Assembly: GCA_013151235.1 (NCBI GenBank)
Contig: JAADIO010000055.1
Span: 39,743 to 103,742, forward strand
DNA length: 64,000 nt
Origin: Deltaproteobacteria bacterium
GTDB taxonomy: Bacteria > CG2-30-53-67
Direction: 5' to 3'
Part shown: positions 41,370 through 52,536 of the stretch, piece by piece
Position numbering within the stretch: position 1 is the first letter of the stretch
Layout: every line of letters begins with the position of its first letter
The notes under the pieces: generated by a model
What the model was told of the DNA's origin: nothing
The model's input: the letters and a program-made list of their open reading frames with translations, nothing else
Database searches by the model: none
Translations under genes and position numbers: made by a program

Positions 41370-42119
41370 TCAATCGCCCTCAAAGAGGATGCTTTCCATC
41401 TTCTCGAAGACCTCATAATGGGTCAGATCAAGATGCAGGGGAGTCACGGAGATGCCGTTTTCAGCAATGGCCTCATAATCGGAATGCCCCTTCCCCCCGG
41501 AAATAATCTCCTCCCCACCGATCCAGTAGTAGGCACGCCCTCTCGGGTCCTTCTTTTCCACCACCGGGTCCTTGAAGGTCCGCCGCCCCATGGAGGTAAT
41601 CCGGATTCCCGAGAGCTGCTCCGCCGGCAGACTGGGAACATTCATGTTCAAGAAGGTATCGGCAGGCAGTCCGTGATCTGCGATCTTCCGGGCCAGCCGC
41701 AAAGCGGCCTTCGCTGCCTCCCCGTACCGGAAATGCCCCTCACCGACGACGGAGACTGCCATCGAGGGAATCCCGAGCAAGGCCCCTTCCATCGCCGCCG
41801 CAACCGTGCCGGAATAGGTGATGTTATCGCCCAGATTGGCTCCCCGGTTGATCCCGGAAATCAGGAGGTCCGGTTTTCCCGGCAGGATCGTATTCACCGC
41901 CAAGGTCACACAATCGGTCGGTGTTCCGTTCACGCTGTAAACATCTTCCCCCAGTTCATGGACCCGCAGTGGTTTGTGGAGGGTCAGGGCATGGCCCACG
42001 GCGCTTCGTTCCCGGTCCGGCGCCACCACAACGACGCGCCCCAACACGTGCAGCGTTTCTGCCAACGCCCTCAACCCCGGAGCGGAAACCCCGTCATCAT
42101 TGGAAAGCAGAATCAGCAA
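41370..42119 (-). CDS. surE: 5'/3'-nucleotidase SurE
   Basis: LSNDDG, GTPTDCV, SGINRGANLG, YSGTVAAA, ISVTPL. Confidence 0.96.
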   Translation of the reverse strand: MLILLSNDDGVSAPGLRALAETLHVLGRVVVVAPDRERSAVGHALTLHKPLRVHELGEDVYSVNGTPTDCVTLAVNTILPGKPDLLISGINRGANLGDNITYSGTVAAAMEGALLGIPSMAVSVVGEGHFRYGEAAKAALRLARKIADHGLPADTFLNMNVPSLPAEQLSGIRITSMGRRTFKDPVVEKKDPRGRAYYWIGGEEIISGGKGHSDYEAIAENGISVTPLHLDLTHYEVFEKMESILFEGD

Positions 42120-42248
42120 GAAAACCTCGATCGGACCGAGTCGCCGATCAAAATGAAAAAAGCCCCGGAAGGGCTCTCGTTCATTCAGCCGGCAATGAAT
42201 TCACGGACGTGATACGGAAAATCAACAAATTCCATTCGTTCGGGAAAA

Positions 42249-42326
<78 letters not shown>

Positions 42327-42376
42327 CTTGCACGTACAGAAAAATTCAGTCGCAACCTTTGATCCAACAAGAAGAA

Positions 42377-42405
42377 ATCTTACTGAGTCCGTCGTTTGAT
42401 GTCAA
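42377..42405 (-). promoter_or_regulatory. Sigma70 promoter of tRNA-Pro(GGG)/surE
   Basis: TTGACA-17 nt-TAAGAT. Confidence 0.75.
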
Positions 42406-42519
42406 GGCTTTTCTCCCGCCACAACGATCGGCATGCAGCAAACAAAAGCTTTTTCGGGGGAGGGGGGGAGTTATCGATCATAGACAAACAATACAAATCG
42501 GTTGACAGCACATATATAA

Positions 42520-42730
42520 AGTTAAATCGCAAAGCCCTCCATTTCCTGCTGAACATCCGCTTCAACCCCTTAGAAAAGAGCCTCTTCAAAGGAATCCGTA
42601 AACTGCCTCCGGGAACGATCCTCCGTTTCCAGCGGTCTTCCCTGCGGCAGCAACGATATTGGAGTCTTCCCGACTCCGTCGATTCCTCGATCCACCGCCC
42701 GGAAGACTGCATCGAAGAAACCAAAATGGG
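42520..42730 (+). pseudogene. Asparagine synthase (AsnB-like amidotransferase) internal fragment
   Basis: SLFKGIRKLPPGTIL...QQRYWSL is typical of AsnB; the rest of the enzyme is absent; boundaries approximate. Confidence 0.6.
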
Positions 42731-42883
42731 GCTTCACTTTCGACCCCTATTACCAATTCCAGAAAGACCTGCGAAAAACGGAAATAAGAGAATTAACCCC
42801 GGAACGGATTCGGGAGCAGGGGATCTTCAACCATTCATCGAACAAATCCTGACACATCCCCCGCACCGCTGGATGCGCTGGCA

Positions 42884-43480
42884 CTATTTTCTCCTCTGAC
42901 TGATTCTGGGAATCAAACCGAACGACTCATTCCATACTGCACCGGCCCTCCTCTCGGCAAAAAACCAGCATTCGCCCGTACCGGGTCTGTACCCGGGGAT
43001 CAACCCTCTTGCGGCAATGCGGCGAAGATGTTTACGAAGACTGTTCGCCTGAGAATAAATATCCCGAACAAGGATGAGAAAACGTGCATCGGGAAAGATC
43101 CCACGGAGATAACCGATTTTGTTCATCAGGTGGGTCGATTTGTTCAGGATTAAAGAAGAACTCGCCCCACTTCAGGACGGTTTCATTCCCGTAGCGGATC
43201 TTCCGGTAGCCGCGATAGACAAACTGCATAGGATAATCCGTCTACAATAAAACAGATCAAACGCCCGCCGTACCCGGTCACAAACCTCTACGGCATCGGA
43301 GGCACTTCCCGACGGACAGCAGGCTACCGTCCCGCAGGGCACACAGCCGACCTCGGTCCAGAAGCGGTTCATCTCGGAGCCGACCACCTGGATCCGCCGG
43401 TTCGCCGAAAAGAGGTTGCGGAAGAAGATCGTCCCCGAGCGCATTACTCCGAGAAGAAAAAGATTGGCCGGTGACCTCAT
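42884..43480 (-). pseudogene. Sulfotransferase split over three reading frames
   Basis: 5'-PSB motif FLLGVMRSGT in 43172-43480; 3'-PB motif FPDARFLILVRD in 42884-43126. Confidence 0.75.
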
Positions 43481-44976
43481 GCTTCCTCCTTACCTCCGGA
43501 TCCGACGGACCCATGCAACGCGTGAGAGGAAGAAAGCCGGACGAAATACTCCCTTATTCCCAAGAAGACATATCCGGCAAGGCCATAGAGAGCAAGTGCC
43601 ACGGGATAGACAAGCCATGAAGGGAACCGGCCTGAAAGGAACGATGAGATAACCGCAAGCAACAGCGCGAAAAAAGGCAACAGACACAAACGAACCGCAC
43701 GGATACGGATCTCCTCCGCCTTACGCATGGCAAATACCCAGAGGAGGAAAACGGCAACGCCCGTCACCGAGGTCCCTGCGGCAATCCCTGAAAGGCCGAA
43801 GGGCGAGACCAGGGCAAGGCTGGCCGTGATATTGATTAGAAGACGGATGGGTGAAAGCTTCATCACGATATCGGGCCGCCCCATGCTAACAAAAACCGAC
43901 CCGACCGCCCCCACCCCTCCGCGCAGAACCAAACCGACCGCCAGGATCCCGAACGGGACGAAGGCCTGCTGGAAAAGGGGCTTTCCCGGATAAAGAACGG
44001 CAATAAGGGGATGAAATCCCCACCAGAGGACCAGGGCTGTTCCGGCAAGAAGAAAGAGCGTGATCCCGATGGTGTTCCGTATGAAGTTCGTCAAGGCATC
44101 TCTGCGATCCGCAAGGTAAAGCTCGGTAATCACCGGCCCGGTCACCTTGATCAGGGCGGTCGGGAGAAGAGTCAGTCCCTGCGTAAAGAGAAAGGCCACG
44201 CTCAAGATGCCGACCGGACCGGTCCCGAGAAAATAGCCCCCCAGGAGAAAGGCGATTCGTCCATCCAGTTCCAGGAAAAACCGGCTGAGCAGAATCCGCC
44301 GCCCATAGGACATCAGATGCTTGAACGGTTTACGGAGTCCGCTGAGAGTGAACTTGGCATAAATCTTTCCGGCCCAGGCAAGGAGCACAAAGAGAAGCCC
44401 CTCGGAGACGACCAGGGCCGCAGCGGCGGCGACCAGCGTACGACGGACCATAACAAGAAGAAGGGTCACCCCCACGATCAGGATCACGCGCCAGCTCTCC
44501 CCGATGGCAAAGTTGCGTATCCGGCGCAACCCGCGTATACGGGCCAGGATCATCTTGTTGACGGCAAAGAGGGGGATCCCGGCCACTGAGATCCCGATCA
44601 GGACGGAAAGTCGCGGAGTCCTGAGAATGCCGGCCAGGGAATCCCGGAACACAAGGAGAAGTAGGCAGACAGCGAGGCTTCCTGCAAGCGACAGAATTAG
44701 AGCGGACGACAAATAGCGTCGCTCCAGCTCCGGGAGGAACCTGTGTTCCGTGGCAAACTTGGTCACTGCCCCCGGCAGGCCGAGACTCGCTAATGTCCCG
44801 GCCGCGAGGTAGACCGTCATAAAGAGTGTATAGACGCCCAGTCCACCGCTTCCGAAAAGGTTCCCGATAAGAACATTCAGCCCGACCCCGGCGAGAGCGA
44901 TCACCGTCGTGCTGCCAAGGACCCAGAAGGCCTCCCCCGCGATCCCCCGGAGCGGATCCTGCACCCTCCTTTTCAT
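43477..44976 (-). CDS. Oligosaccharide flippase (Wzx/MOP family)
   Basis: 499 aa with about 14 hydrophobic segments; GLGVYTL, LGLPGAVTKF, FVSMGRP, GLSGIAAG. Confidence 0.85.
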   Translation of the reverse strand: MKRRVQDPLRGIAGEAFWVLGSTTVIALAGVGLNVLIGNLFGSGGLGVYTLFMTVYLAAGTLASLGLPGAVTKFATEHRFLPELERRYLSSALILSLAGSLAVCLLLLVFRDSLAGILRTPRLSVLIGISVAGIPLFAVNKMILARIRGLRRIRNFAIGESWRVILIVGVTLLLVMVRRTLVAAAAALVVSEGLLFVLLAWAGKIYAKFTLSGLRKPFKHLMSYGRRILLSRFFLELDGRIAFLLGGYFLGTGPVGILSVAFLFTQGLTLLPTALIKVTGPVITELYLADRRDALTNFIRNTIGITLFLLAGTALVLWWGFHPLIAVLYPGKPLFQQAFVPFGILAVGLVLRGGVGAVGSVFVSMGRPDIVMKLSPIRLLINITASLALVSPFGLSGIAAGTSVTGVAVFLLWVFAMRKAEEIRIRAVRLCLLPFFALLLAVISSFLSGRFPSWLVYPVALALYGLAGYVFLGIREYFVRLSSSHALHGSVGSGGKEEA

Positions 44977-45706
44977 TCCACTCCTTTCCTTCCCGATTCA
45001 CCCTCATATGGGAAACTGCTGGCGTCCTCTGAAGGAAAAGAACTCTCCCGCCACAAGGTCACGCTCTCTTCAAAGGTCGAGGCAATTCGGACCTTCCGGG
45101 AGATCCGCCGGAGGAATTTTTCCCAGCCGATCAGGGCTTGGTCGGTAGAAAAGTTCATGATATGAGCCATATAGTTGTGCGGCTGTACCACCGGACGTCT
45201 GTGCAGCAAATAACAAAGAAACCGGGACCGGGACAGGACCGCAAGGCACATACGGAACCATACACTCCTCCCTGGAGATTCGTAACTTGCCGGAATCAGG
45301 AGACCAAGCCGGGGGAGAATCACCAACTGGTCGGAGTCTTGCGGATAGACCCTCCAGGGACGAAAGATCTCACGGAACCCTCCGGACGCAGGCAAGCCGG
45401 TTTCACTTAAAGGACGCTTCAACCAGAGTATGGAGGTCAGGAAACAGCACCTTCTCTCCGCGTAGAGCCGATCCGTGACGCCCGGTTTCCATCCGTGCCC
45501 CGGTGCGACGAAGATTTTCGGGAACCGCCACCCCAGCCTGCGATAGATCCGTCCACTCCACTCGATCTGCCGCTCCTGTTCGGCCACAGGCCGAACGGAA
45601 GCCGTCCGATAATCGTGGAATTCGACATACCGTCGCCCCATTGATGGCTGTAGCCGTGATCCGCAACCAGAATGTGGCGGGTATTCCTTTCGAGAAAATC
45701 AATCAA
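44973..45706 (-). pseudogene. Polysaccharide deacetylase-like fragment (5' truncated, frameshifted)
   Basis: ADHGYSH in one frame; FPKIFVAPGHGW in another. Confidence 0.5.
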
Positions 45707-46592
45707 TCTGCGGGAATCGGCATATTACAAATAACGTAACGGCCAAGCGCCAGGGACTCGAAAACCATTCGGGGCATGCCGTCATGATAATTAATGCGCA
45801 ACAGCCCCTTGACCTTTCTCAGGACAAGACGGATATCTTCGACATAACCTAAAAAACGGAGATTGGGAGGAAGCCCTTTCGGATCCGCACCACGTCCGAC
45901 AACATCGATCCTGAGATCCGGAGAATCTTCGGCCAACCGGCAGAGGGTCTTCCAACCATAAAAGTCCCGGGTATCGGAGCTGGCATGAAAACCGATATAC
46001 GCAAGCAGGCTCCACTCCTCCGGAAGAGGGACCTCTTCAACCGGAATATGATTCAGTACCGGTAGGTATTCGGCTTCAACACCTGCGGATTTAAGTTCAT
46101 CAACCAGATGGTGGGCACACGCCGTATGGCGGGCCACAAAGGCGGAGACATAAGATATGAATGTTCGAGAAAAATGTATGGCCACCCGTGCAAACAAAAC
46201 CAAAAATCCCCGAACACCGCTTATTGCTCCCGCTACGGCGGGAATGTCACGCTCCGCACCGATATCCCGAAGAGGAGGACGGTACCTGACGGTCACCTTC
46301 AGAACGTCTCCTCCGGTCCACTGGAGAAGGACCGGCTTACCCAGACAACAAGCAATCGGCGAAAAAGAAGGATACGAGTATTTGAGGGTGAATGACAATA
46401 GACGAGATCCGCCTGCTTCATCCGGCGAATGACTTGCAAGATATGCTTCGGTCGGAAAGGACGGTCATAGGAATCAATTTCCATGGCCGTCAGGCGTCTC
46501 AGCAAGGAAAAGGCAGGGTGGACCTTGCAGGACGCCAAGACAACCACCCGCAAGGAAACATCCTTTTCAGTCATCGCAGCCTGATGCGTCAT
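45703..46592 (-). pseudogene. GT-B/GT4-like glycosyltransferase, frameshifted near 46400 and C-terminally truncated
   Basis: NLRFLGYVED, HDGMPRMVFESLALGRYVI; the N-terminus lies in a different frame (46299-46592). Confidence 0.7.
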
Positions 46593-46746
46593 CGTTCAGA
46601 ACACCTTGCGCGGGAATCAGACCTGGAATGGAAATCATGCACAAAAGACGGTTGCGAACAATCCCCATCCTCGGTCCGACACAGAAAAATTCATCCGCTC
46701 CGATCTCCTCCAAAACAACATCCTCCACTCTCTTTTGCGTGGGTAC

Positions 46747-46776
46747 AGTCTACCTGTATCTCGGAAGCCATGTCAA
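46747..46776 (-). promoter_or_regulatory. Sigma70 promoter of the polysaccharide locus
   Basis: TTGACA-18 nt-TAGACT. Confidence 0.55.
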
Positions 46777-46899
46777 CTTTTTCCATTTATTACTTGGGAT
46801 TCCGACCGTTTGCTCCGTGATTCTCCTTGATTCAGCATGGCTGATCTGTTAGGGTAAATCCGTTTGGAGGCTTAAATTCACTGAAAGGAACTGTTTGTC

Positions 46900-47628
46900 A
46901 TGATCCATCTTCTGATCTCCGTCGCCGCAGGGGCGGTGATTTTCTGCCTGCTCTATTTCTTTCATGTTCTTGCCTGGGGATGGGCGCTGCCGATCGCCCT
47001 GGTCGTTATGATGGGAGTCAATTATCTCCTGGGACGCCGGCTCAGTAAAGCCATTGCCGAACTCATGGAGGGGGTCGGACGGGACCTGAAAACCGGGAAG
47101 ATGGACCGGGCGATCCGAACCCTGGAAGGGGGATTGAAATACGGTCGTTACCAGTTCTTTGTCACCTCTCAGCTGAAAGCCCAGATCGGTGTTATTCATT
47201 ACATCAAGAAAGACTTCAACACCGCCTTTCCCTTTCTGAAGAAGGCCTTTGCCCGGCACTGGATCGCCCAGGGAATGCTCGCCGCGATCTATATGCGGCG
47301 GAAAGACAAGGAACGAATGATCAAAACCTTCCAGCGGGCCGTACGATACAATCCCAAGGAGGGGCTTCTCTGGAATCTCTATGCCTTCTGCCTGCTTCGC
47401 ACGGGAGACCGGGCCGAGGCGATCCAGGTCTTGATCAAGGGGTCGAAGAAGCACCCCAGCGATGAACAGATTCGGAAGAACCTGATTCATCTGCAAAACA
47501 ATAAAAAGATGAAAATGAAAAGCTATGGCGAGATGTGGATCCAGTTTCACCTGGAGAAGATGCCCGGCAACCTGGGCCGGCGCCCCTCCTACCCCGTCTC
47601 CCGGAGACGGCGCATGGCTCGCCGTTGA
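46900..47628 (+). CDS. Membrane-anchored TPR-like protein
   Basis: Two N-terminal hydrophobic helices followed by TPR-like helical repeats. Confidence 0.75.
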   Translation: MIHLLISVAAGAVIFCLLYFFHVLAWGWALPIALVVMMGVNYLLGRRLSKAIAELMEGVGRDLKTGKMDRAIRTLEGGLKYGRYQFFVTSQLKAQIGVIHYIKKDFNTAFPFLKKAFARHWIAQGMLAAIYMRRKDKERMIKTFQRAVRYNPKEGLLWNLYAFCLLRTGDRAEAIQVLIKGSKKHPSDEQIRKNLIHLQNNKKMKMKSYGEMWIQFHLEKMPGNLGRRPSYPVSRRRRMARR

Positions 47629-47644
47629 TTCCCGGTTCCCCGCA

Positions 47645-49405
47645 CTACTCCTCGGCCTCCTCTTCCCATTCCGGCTCATCCGGGAACATCGACTGCATTC
47701 GTTCTTTTGTCCACTCCTCAATCTCCCGGGCGGTCGCGAGGTTGAGAATCTCTCTGGCCAGTTTTCGGGAATCCTTCAGGGTCACCTGCCGGAGGATACG
47801 CTTGACCCGTGGAACGGCAACCGGGTTCATACTGAAGGTCTGAAGCCCCAGTCCTAAAAGAGCCGCTGCATAGAGAGGATCTCCGGCCACCTCGCCGCAC
47901 ATCGCCGCCGGAATATTTGCCTCCCGGGCAACCGTCATGACATGCTTGATCATTCGGATAATCGCCGGATGCAAAGGTTCATAAAGGTAGGCGACGTGCT
48001 CGTTGACTCGGTCAATGGCCAGGGAATACTGGATCAGATCATTGGTCCCGATGCTGACGAAATCAACCTCGTTGACGATCAGATCGATGGCAATCGCTGC
48101 GGATGGAACCTCGATCATCACGCCCAGGGGAATTTCCTCTTGAAAGAGTACCCCCTCTCTCCGAAGATCCTCCAATACCCCGTAGTAGATCTCCTTGGCC
48201 ATCCGCAGTTCCCGGAGACCTGAAATCATAGGGAACATGATCTTCAGATTCCCGTAAATTCCGGCCCGTGCCAGTGCACGAAGCTGTGTCCTGAAGATGT
48301 CCGGGTGTTCCAGGCAAAAACGGATTGCACGTAATCCCATGGCAGGATTGCTCTCTCCGGGGTAAGGAATGTGCCGCGCCAGTTTGTCCCCGCCCAGGTC
48401 CAGGGTTCGAATGATCACCGTCTCCGGATAGATGATCTCCAGGGCACTCTTGTAGGCCTGGAACTGGTCTTCCTCGCCCGGAAGTTCCGTGCGGTTGAGA
48501 TAGAGAAATTCCGTCCGGAAAAGTCCCACGCCGTCGGCACCGTGTTCCAAAACTCCGCAAACATCTTCGGGGGTCTCAATATTCGCCGCCAGGCGGATTT
48601 TATGCCCATCCAGGGTCTCCGCCGGCAACGGGGACAGCTTCTGCAGTTCCTTTTCAAAATAGATATAGCGACGCTGCTTTTCCAGATACCGATTAAAGGT
48701 TTTGCTGTCCGGATTGACGATCACGGTCCCGCTGTTGCCGTTTAAGATCAGGGGATCACCGGTTTGAACCCGGGCCGTAAAATGGACCATGCCGACCACG
48801 GCCGGAATTTCCAGCGAGCGGGCCATAATCACCGTGTGACTCGTTTTACCTCCCAGATCGGTTACAAACCCTTTGACATGCTTCCGGTCCATTTGCATGG
48901 TATCCGCCGGCGTCAGATCATGGGCCACCACAATCACATCTTCGTTCAGGCCGGCAAGACTGTGCTGCTCACGGCCGGAGAGATTACGCAGGATTCGTTC
49001 CCCCACATGGATCATGTCGGATTTCCGTTCCTTCAGATAATCGTCTTCAATCCCGTTAAAAACCGTCAGGAACTGATCCAGAACTTTTTTCAAGGCGCCA
49101 TCCGCGGCGATCTCCTCCCGACGGATCACATCTCGGACCCCGTCGATCAGGAGAGTGTCCTGAAGCATCAGGATATGACTTTCAAGAATATAGGCATGAG
49201 AAGCGCCGACACGGTTGCTGAACTGTTTTTTTACGGACTGAAGCTGTTCCACCGAGATTGAAAGGGCCTGATCAAACCGCCGGATCTCTTCGTCCACTCG
49301 GTCCGGTGGAATCGACTGGACTTCCGCCTTGACCATTTCCCGGTTCAGCACATAGGCCTTCCCAATCACGATCCCGGGCGAGACCCCCATCCCTTTGAAT
49401 TTCAT
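47645..49405 (-). CDS. ptsI: PEP-protein phosphotransferase (enzyme I)
   Basis: GGKTSHTVIMARSL, GLFRTEF, RTLDLGGDK, NPAMGLR, MIEVP, SIGTNDL, MCGE. Confidence 0.96.
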   Translation of the reverse strand: MKFKGMGVSPGIVIGKAYVLNREMVKAEVQSIPPDRVDEEIRRFDQALSISVEQLQSVKKQFSNRVGASHAYILESHILMLQDTLLIDGVRDVIRREEIAADGALKKVLDQFLTVFNGIEDDYLKERKSDMIHVGERILRNLSGREQHSLAGLNEDVIVVAHDLTPADTMQMDRKHVKGFVTDLGGKTSHTVIMARSLEIPAVVGMVHFTARVQTGDPLILNGNSGTVIVNPDSKTFNRYLEKQRRYIYFEKELQKLSPLPAETLDGHKIRLAANIETPEDVCGVLEHGADGVGLFRTEFLYLNRTELPGEEDQFQAYKSALEIIYPETVIIRTLDLGGDKLARHIPYPGESNPAMGLRAIRFCLEHPDIFRTQLRALARAGIYGNLKIMFPMISGLRELRMAKEIYYGVLEDLRREGVLFQEEIPLGVMIEVPSAAIAIDLIVNEVDFVSIGTNDLIQYSLAIDRVNEHVAYLYEPLHPAIIRMIKHVMTVAREANIPAAMCGEVAGDPLYAAALLGLGLQTFSMNPVAVPRVKRILRQVTLKDSRKLAREILNLATAREIEEWTKERMQSMFPDEPEWEEEAEE

Positions 49406-49687
49406 CTATTCTTCTCCAAACTTCTCATTGACCAGCCGGACCAGGTTCTCCAGCGCTTCCGCCTCATCCGGACCGGAGACCCGAACCGTCAACTCCGTCC
49501 CCTGGGCGGCAGCCAGCATCATGATGCCCATAATGCTTTTCCCGTTCACTTCGGTGCTCCCCCGAATCACAACAATTTCCGACTCAAAGCCGTTGGCCGT
49601 TTGTACGAACATGGCAGCGGAACGGGCGTGCATCCCCAACTTGTTCTGAATCGTTACATTGGCCGCCTTCAAACTTTCACTCCCCAC
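49406..49687 (-). CDS. ptsH: Phosphocarrier protein HPr
   Basis: NKLGMHAR, NGKSIMG. Confidence 0.95.
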   Translation of the reverse strand: MGSESLKAANVTIQNKLGMHARSAAMFVQTANGFESEIVVIRGSTEVNGKSIMGIMMLAAAQGTELTVRVSGPDEAEALENLVRLVNEKFGEE

Positions 49688-49736
49688 GCCTTTCTATCAC
49701 CATACACGGCACAACCGGGGATCCCTTGCGGATATG

Positions 49737-50498
49737 CTAAAAGGTGATCCATCCCATGTGTGTCAAAAAAAGGGACAACAAAAAGAGAAAAACGACCCGC
49801 ACCGAAAGGGGGACCCCCCTTCGCTCCCCAAGCCAGGCACCGGCGATCACAACGAGCAAAAAACCACACAATCCAAAATAGGCAAAAGACCGCATGGGCA
49901 AGGCCTGTATCCCCCAGAGAGGAAGAAAGGCCCCCACGGCAAATAATGTCAGGGCATTCATCCAGTAGATCTTCTTCTGAAGTTCCAGGCGCTTCAGATA
50001 TTGCAATAAATTCAGACCGGAACCATAACCATTGACGATGCCCGACACCCGCAACCAGAGCGTCACGCTGTTGTAGAACAACAGAAAAAAAAGAGGCGCC
50101 ATGGTTTCCGAAAACATCGCCGTCAGAACTGCCGACAATCCGGCGAGCGGACGCAGCGTCCCCCAGACGAAGGAATCCCCCAAAGCACCGAGGGCACCGG
50201 TCAGATCCTCCCGGAAAAGATCTATCTGCTCCACAGAGACATGCCCCTCCGCCCGTTCCATTTCAAGGCGGAGCGTTCCTCCCGCAATCATCCCGGCAAA
50301 ATAAGGATTGGTGTTAAAATATCGCAGATAACGCCGGGAGACTTCTCCATCGTCTACCCCTCTCGGCAGAAAAGGCACCAGCATATAGGCAAACCCGATC
50401 CCCTGAAAATTTTCATAGTTCCAGGCCGCCTGCAGAAAGAAACTCCGTACCACCAGCTGGGTCCCTTGCACGAAAGAAAGCGATCTCTTCTTCACCAC
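49737..50498 (-). CDS. PTS mannose-family IID component
   Basis: QAAWNYENFQ, YFNTNPY, GALGDSFVWGTLRP. Confidence 0.9.
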   Translation of the reverse strand: MVKKRSLSFVQGTQLVVRSFFLQAAWNYENFQGIGFAYMLVPFLPRGVDDGEVSRRYLRYFNTNPYFAGMIAGGTLRLEMERAEGHVSVEQIDLFREDLTGALGALGDSFVWGTLRPLAGLSAVLTAMFSETMAPLFFLLFYNSVTLWLRVSGIVNGYGSGLNLLQYLKRLELQKKIYWMNALTLFAVGAFLPLWGIQALPMRSFAYFGLCGFLLVVIAGAWLGERRGVPLSVRVVFLFLLSLFLTHMGWITF

Positions 50499-51274
50499 CG
50501 TTTCTCCATCATAGACTTCCTTCGCCCTTTCAGAAAGGTAATTCCCAACGCCGCCGCCATCAGAACCGCCGGTACAAATCCCGGGACCTCACCCAGAATC
50601 CAGAAAAGGAGAAAAGCCATAAGCCCACCTGCGGTACAAAACATCCATCCCCGGGACAAGTCTTTCCGGACGACCAGAGACCCGATCCCGATCGCGGGGA
50701 GAAGAAAAAAGAACAACCGCAACCCTCCCGGCAGGGTTTCCGGCAAAGCCGTATAGGCCTTCCACAGCAGGGAAGAGAAAAAACCGGTGACCAACAGGGT
50801 CAGCAGGAAATAATAAAGAAAAAAAAGGCCGATCCCCGCCCACGTTGAGCGTCGTACACCCTGCCCCAGCGATGGAGCCGCCTTTGCCATGTGGATCAAG
50901 CGTGCATTCTTTCTCCGAAGCCACCGGTCCAGAAAACCGATGGGGTATAAGAGAAGCCCCACCCACAAAAAGACCCACGCCGGCCACGCCATATCGATAC
51001 CGGGGCCGGCGCCCCACACAGACAGCGAGATCCCGGTCGTCAGAATGGCCGACAGGGTCGCATTCTTCGGAACGTGCCCCCCCACGGGAAGACCACGGAA
51101 CCAGAAGAGTTCCAGGACCACACCGATCTGCATACCGTCATGAAAATCCCCCAGAAGCCACCCGACCAAGGGTGCAGCCACAATCGGCTGGGAAATCATG
51201 AACTGCCCGAAGGCCAGGCGATCCAGCCCGATCACCCCGCCTGCCAATGAAACCCGCAAAAGATCCCCGAACAA
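50492..51274 (-). CDS. PTS mannose-family IIC component
   Basis: ISQPIVAAPLVG.LLGD, G..LEL, PVGG..P. Confidence 0.85.
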   Translation of the reverse strand: MFGDLLRVSLAGGVIGLDRLAFGQFMISQPIVAAPLVGWLLGDFHDGMQIGVVLELFWFRGLPVGGHVPKNATLSAILTTGISLSVWGAGPGIDMAWPAWVFLWVGLLLYPIGFLDRWLRRKNARLIHMAKAAPSLGQGVRRSTWAGIGLFFLYYFLLTLLVTGFFSSLLWKAYTALPETLPGGLRLFFFLLPAIGIGSLVVRKDLSRGWMFCTAGGLMAFLLFWILGEVPGFVPAVLMAAALGITFLKGRRKSMMEKRW

Positions 51275-51326
51275 GAGTTCCTCCGCCTTCCCACCGATAA
51301 TCCGAATCGTAGAAACTCTCCGAATT

Positions 51327-51800
51327 TCAGAGCAGGCTTTTCAGATTAACCGACTGTTCCGCAGGAACCGTCCGCACTTCCACCCGGATCCCCGAATCGA
51401 GAATCGCCTGCAGTTCCATCAGATCGTCCTGGGAGGCATTGATGCCCTGTCCCAGAAACTGCGTTTTCCCCATCGAATGGAGACCACCCAAATTGACTTC
51501 CTTCAATGGAAGACCGCAGGAGATCGCCTTCCTCACATCCCGGGGATGACGGAAAAGGAGGATCCCCCGATATGATGAAAATTCTCCGGCAAGGCACCGA
51601 TCAACCGCCTCCCGCACCGGCAGAACCTCCGTACGCACACCGTAGGGGACCACCATCTCCATGAGACTGCACTGAAAGGCGTTTTCTGCCGCAGCATCGT
51701 CGGCAACCACCACCAGATCCGGATGAACGTAATGAAACCAGCCTTCGACCACCTGCCCATGAATCAGACGATCATCGATTCGACAAAGTACGATACCCAT
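51327..51800 (-). CDS. PTS mannose-family IIB component
   Basis: RIDDRLIHGQV, VNLGG. Confidence 0.92.
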   Translation of the reverse strand: MGIVLCRIDDRLIHGQVVEGWFHYVHPDLVVVADDAAAENAFQCSLMEMVVPYGVRTEVLPVREAVDRCLAGEFSSYRGILLFRHPRDVRKAISCGLPLKEVNLGGLHSMGKTQFLGQGINASQDDLMELQAILDSGIRVEVRTVPAEQSVNLKSLL

Positions 51801-51853
51801 TATTTTCTTCCCGGGAGCCGGGACATTTCCGGCTCAGTCCATGAGCAGCTGCA

Positions 51854-52276
51854 TCAGGACCTCAGTCCCTGCTGCTCCTTCAGAAGTTCACTGGCCACAA
51901 TGATCCCCCGTTTGCCGGCCTCTTCGAGGAGACCGCACAATTCCAGCAGGGGCCCATCCTTTCGCATCGTCACCCCTTTGATCAGCATCGGGAGATTCAC
52001 GCCCGTCATCACCTCCACGGGAATCTCCGGGCTGTCCAGAAAGGAAAGGCCGATATTGGAAGGGGTGCCACCGAACATATCGGTCATCAGAATCACGCCA
52101 CTGCCCTGATTCACTTCCCCTATGGCTGAGGCAATCTCTTCCCGCGCGACCTCCACCGATTTATTAAAATCCACGGAGACGGTTTTCACACCCGTCTGTT
52201 TGCCCAGCATCCCCTCCATGCATTTGTATAACTCCGTACCGAGGTTTCCATGAGTCACGATGACCAGACCGACCAT
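51854..52276 (-). CDS. PTS mannose/fructose-family IIA component
   Basis: IVTHG, TDMFGGTPSN, GVNLPML. Confidence 0.93.
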   Translation of the reverse strand: MVGLVIVTHGNLGTELYKCMEGMLGKQTGVKTVSVDFNKSVEVAREEIASAIGEVNQGSGVILMTDMFGGTPSNIGLSFLDSPEIPVEVMTGVNLPMLIKGVTMRKDGPLLELCGLLEEAGKRGIIVASELLKEQQGLRS

Positions 52277-52372
52277 CTCTCTTTTCTCCTTTCGACTGAA
52301 AACACACAAGACTGCATTCCGGAATTCACAATCCGGTTCACACATACCATAACACGAAGAATCAGGCCCTTG

Positions 52373-52536
52373 GTGGTCCTGTTCGCAAATACCGTGACGC
52401 ACCGAGAGGGTTGCAGGGTAGTCTCGTCAAGACGCGCGACTGAGGCGTACCCCTGTGGTACGGTGCAGGGAGCACAGCGAAGACAAGGCCGCCCTGCGGC
52501 ACTCAAATGCCACCGTATTCACAAATAGGGGGCCAC
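52373..52536. mobile_element. MITE-like element family B, long copy
   Basis: Imperfect terminal inverted repeats GTGGTCCTGTTCGCAAATAC / GTATTCACAAATAGGGGGCCAC; abuts the rapZ stop codon. Confidence 0.65.

Noticed and set aside
52373-52536. 6S RNA or other housekeeping ncRNA
   Set aside because: A second, rearranged copy at 38840-38945 fits a repeat element better; an Rfam scan would settle it
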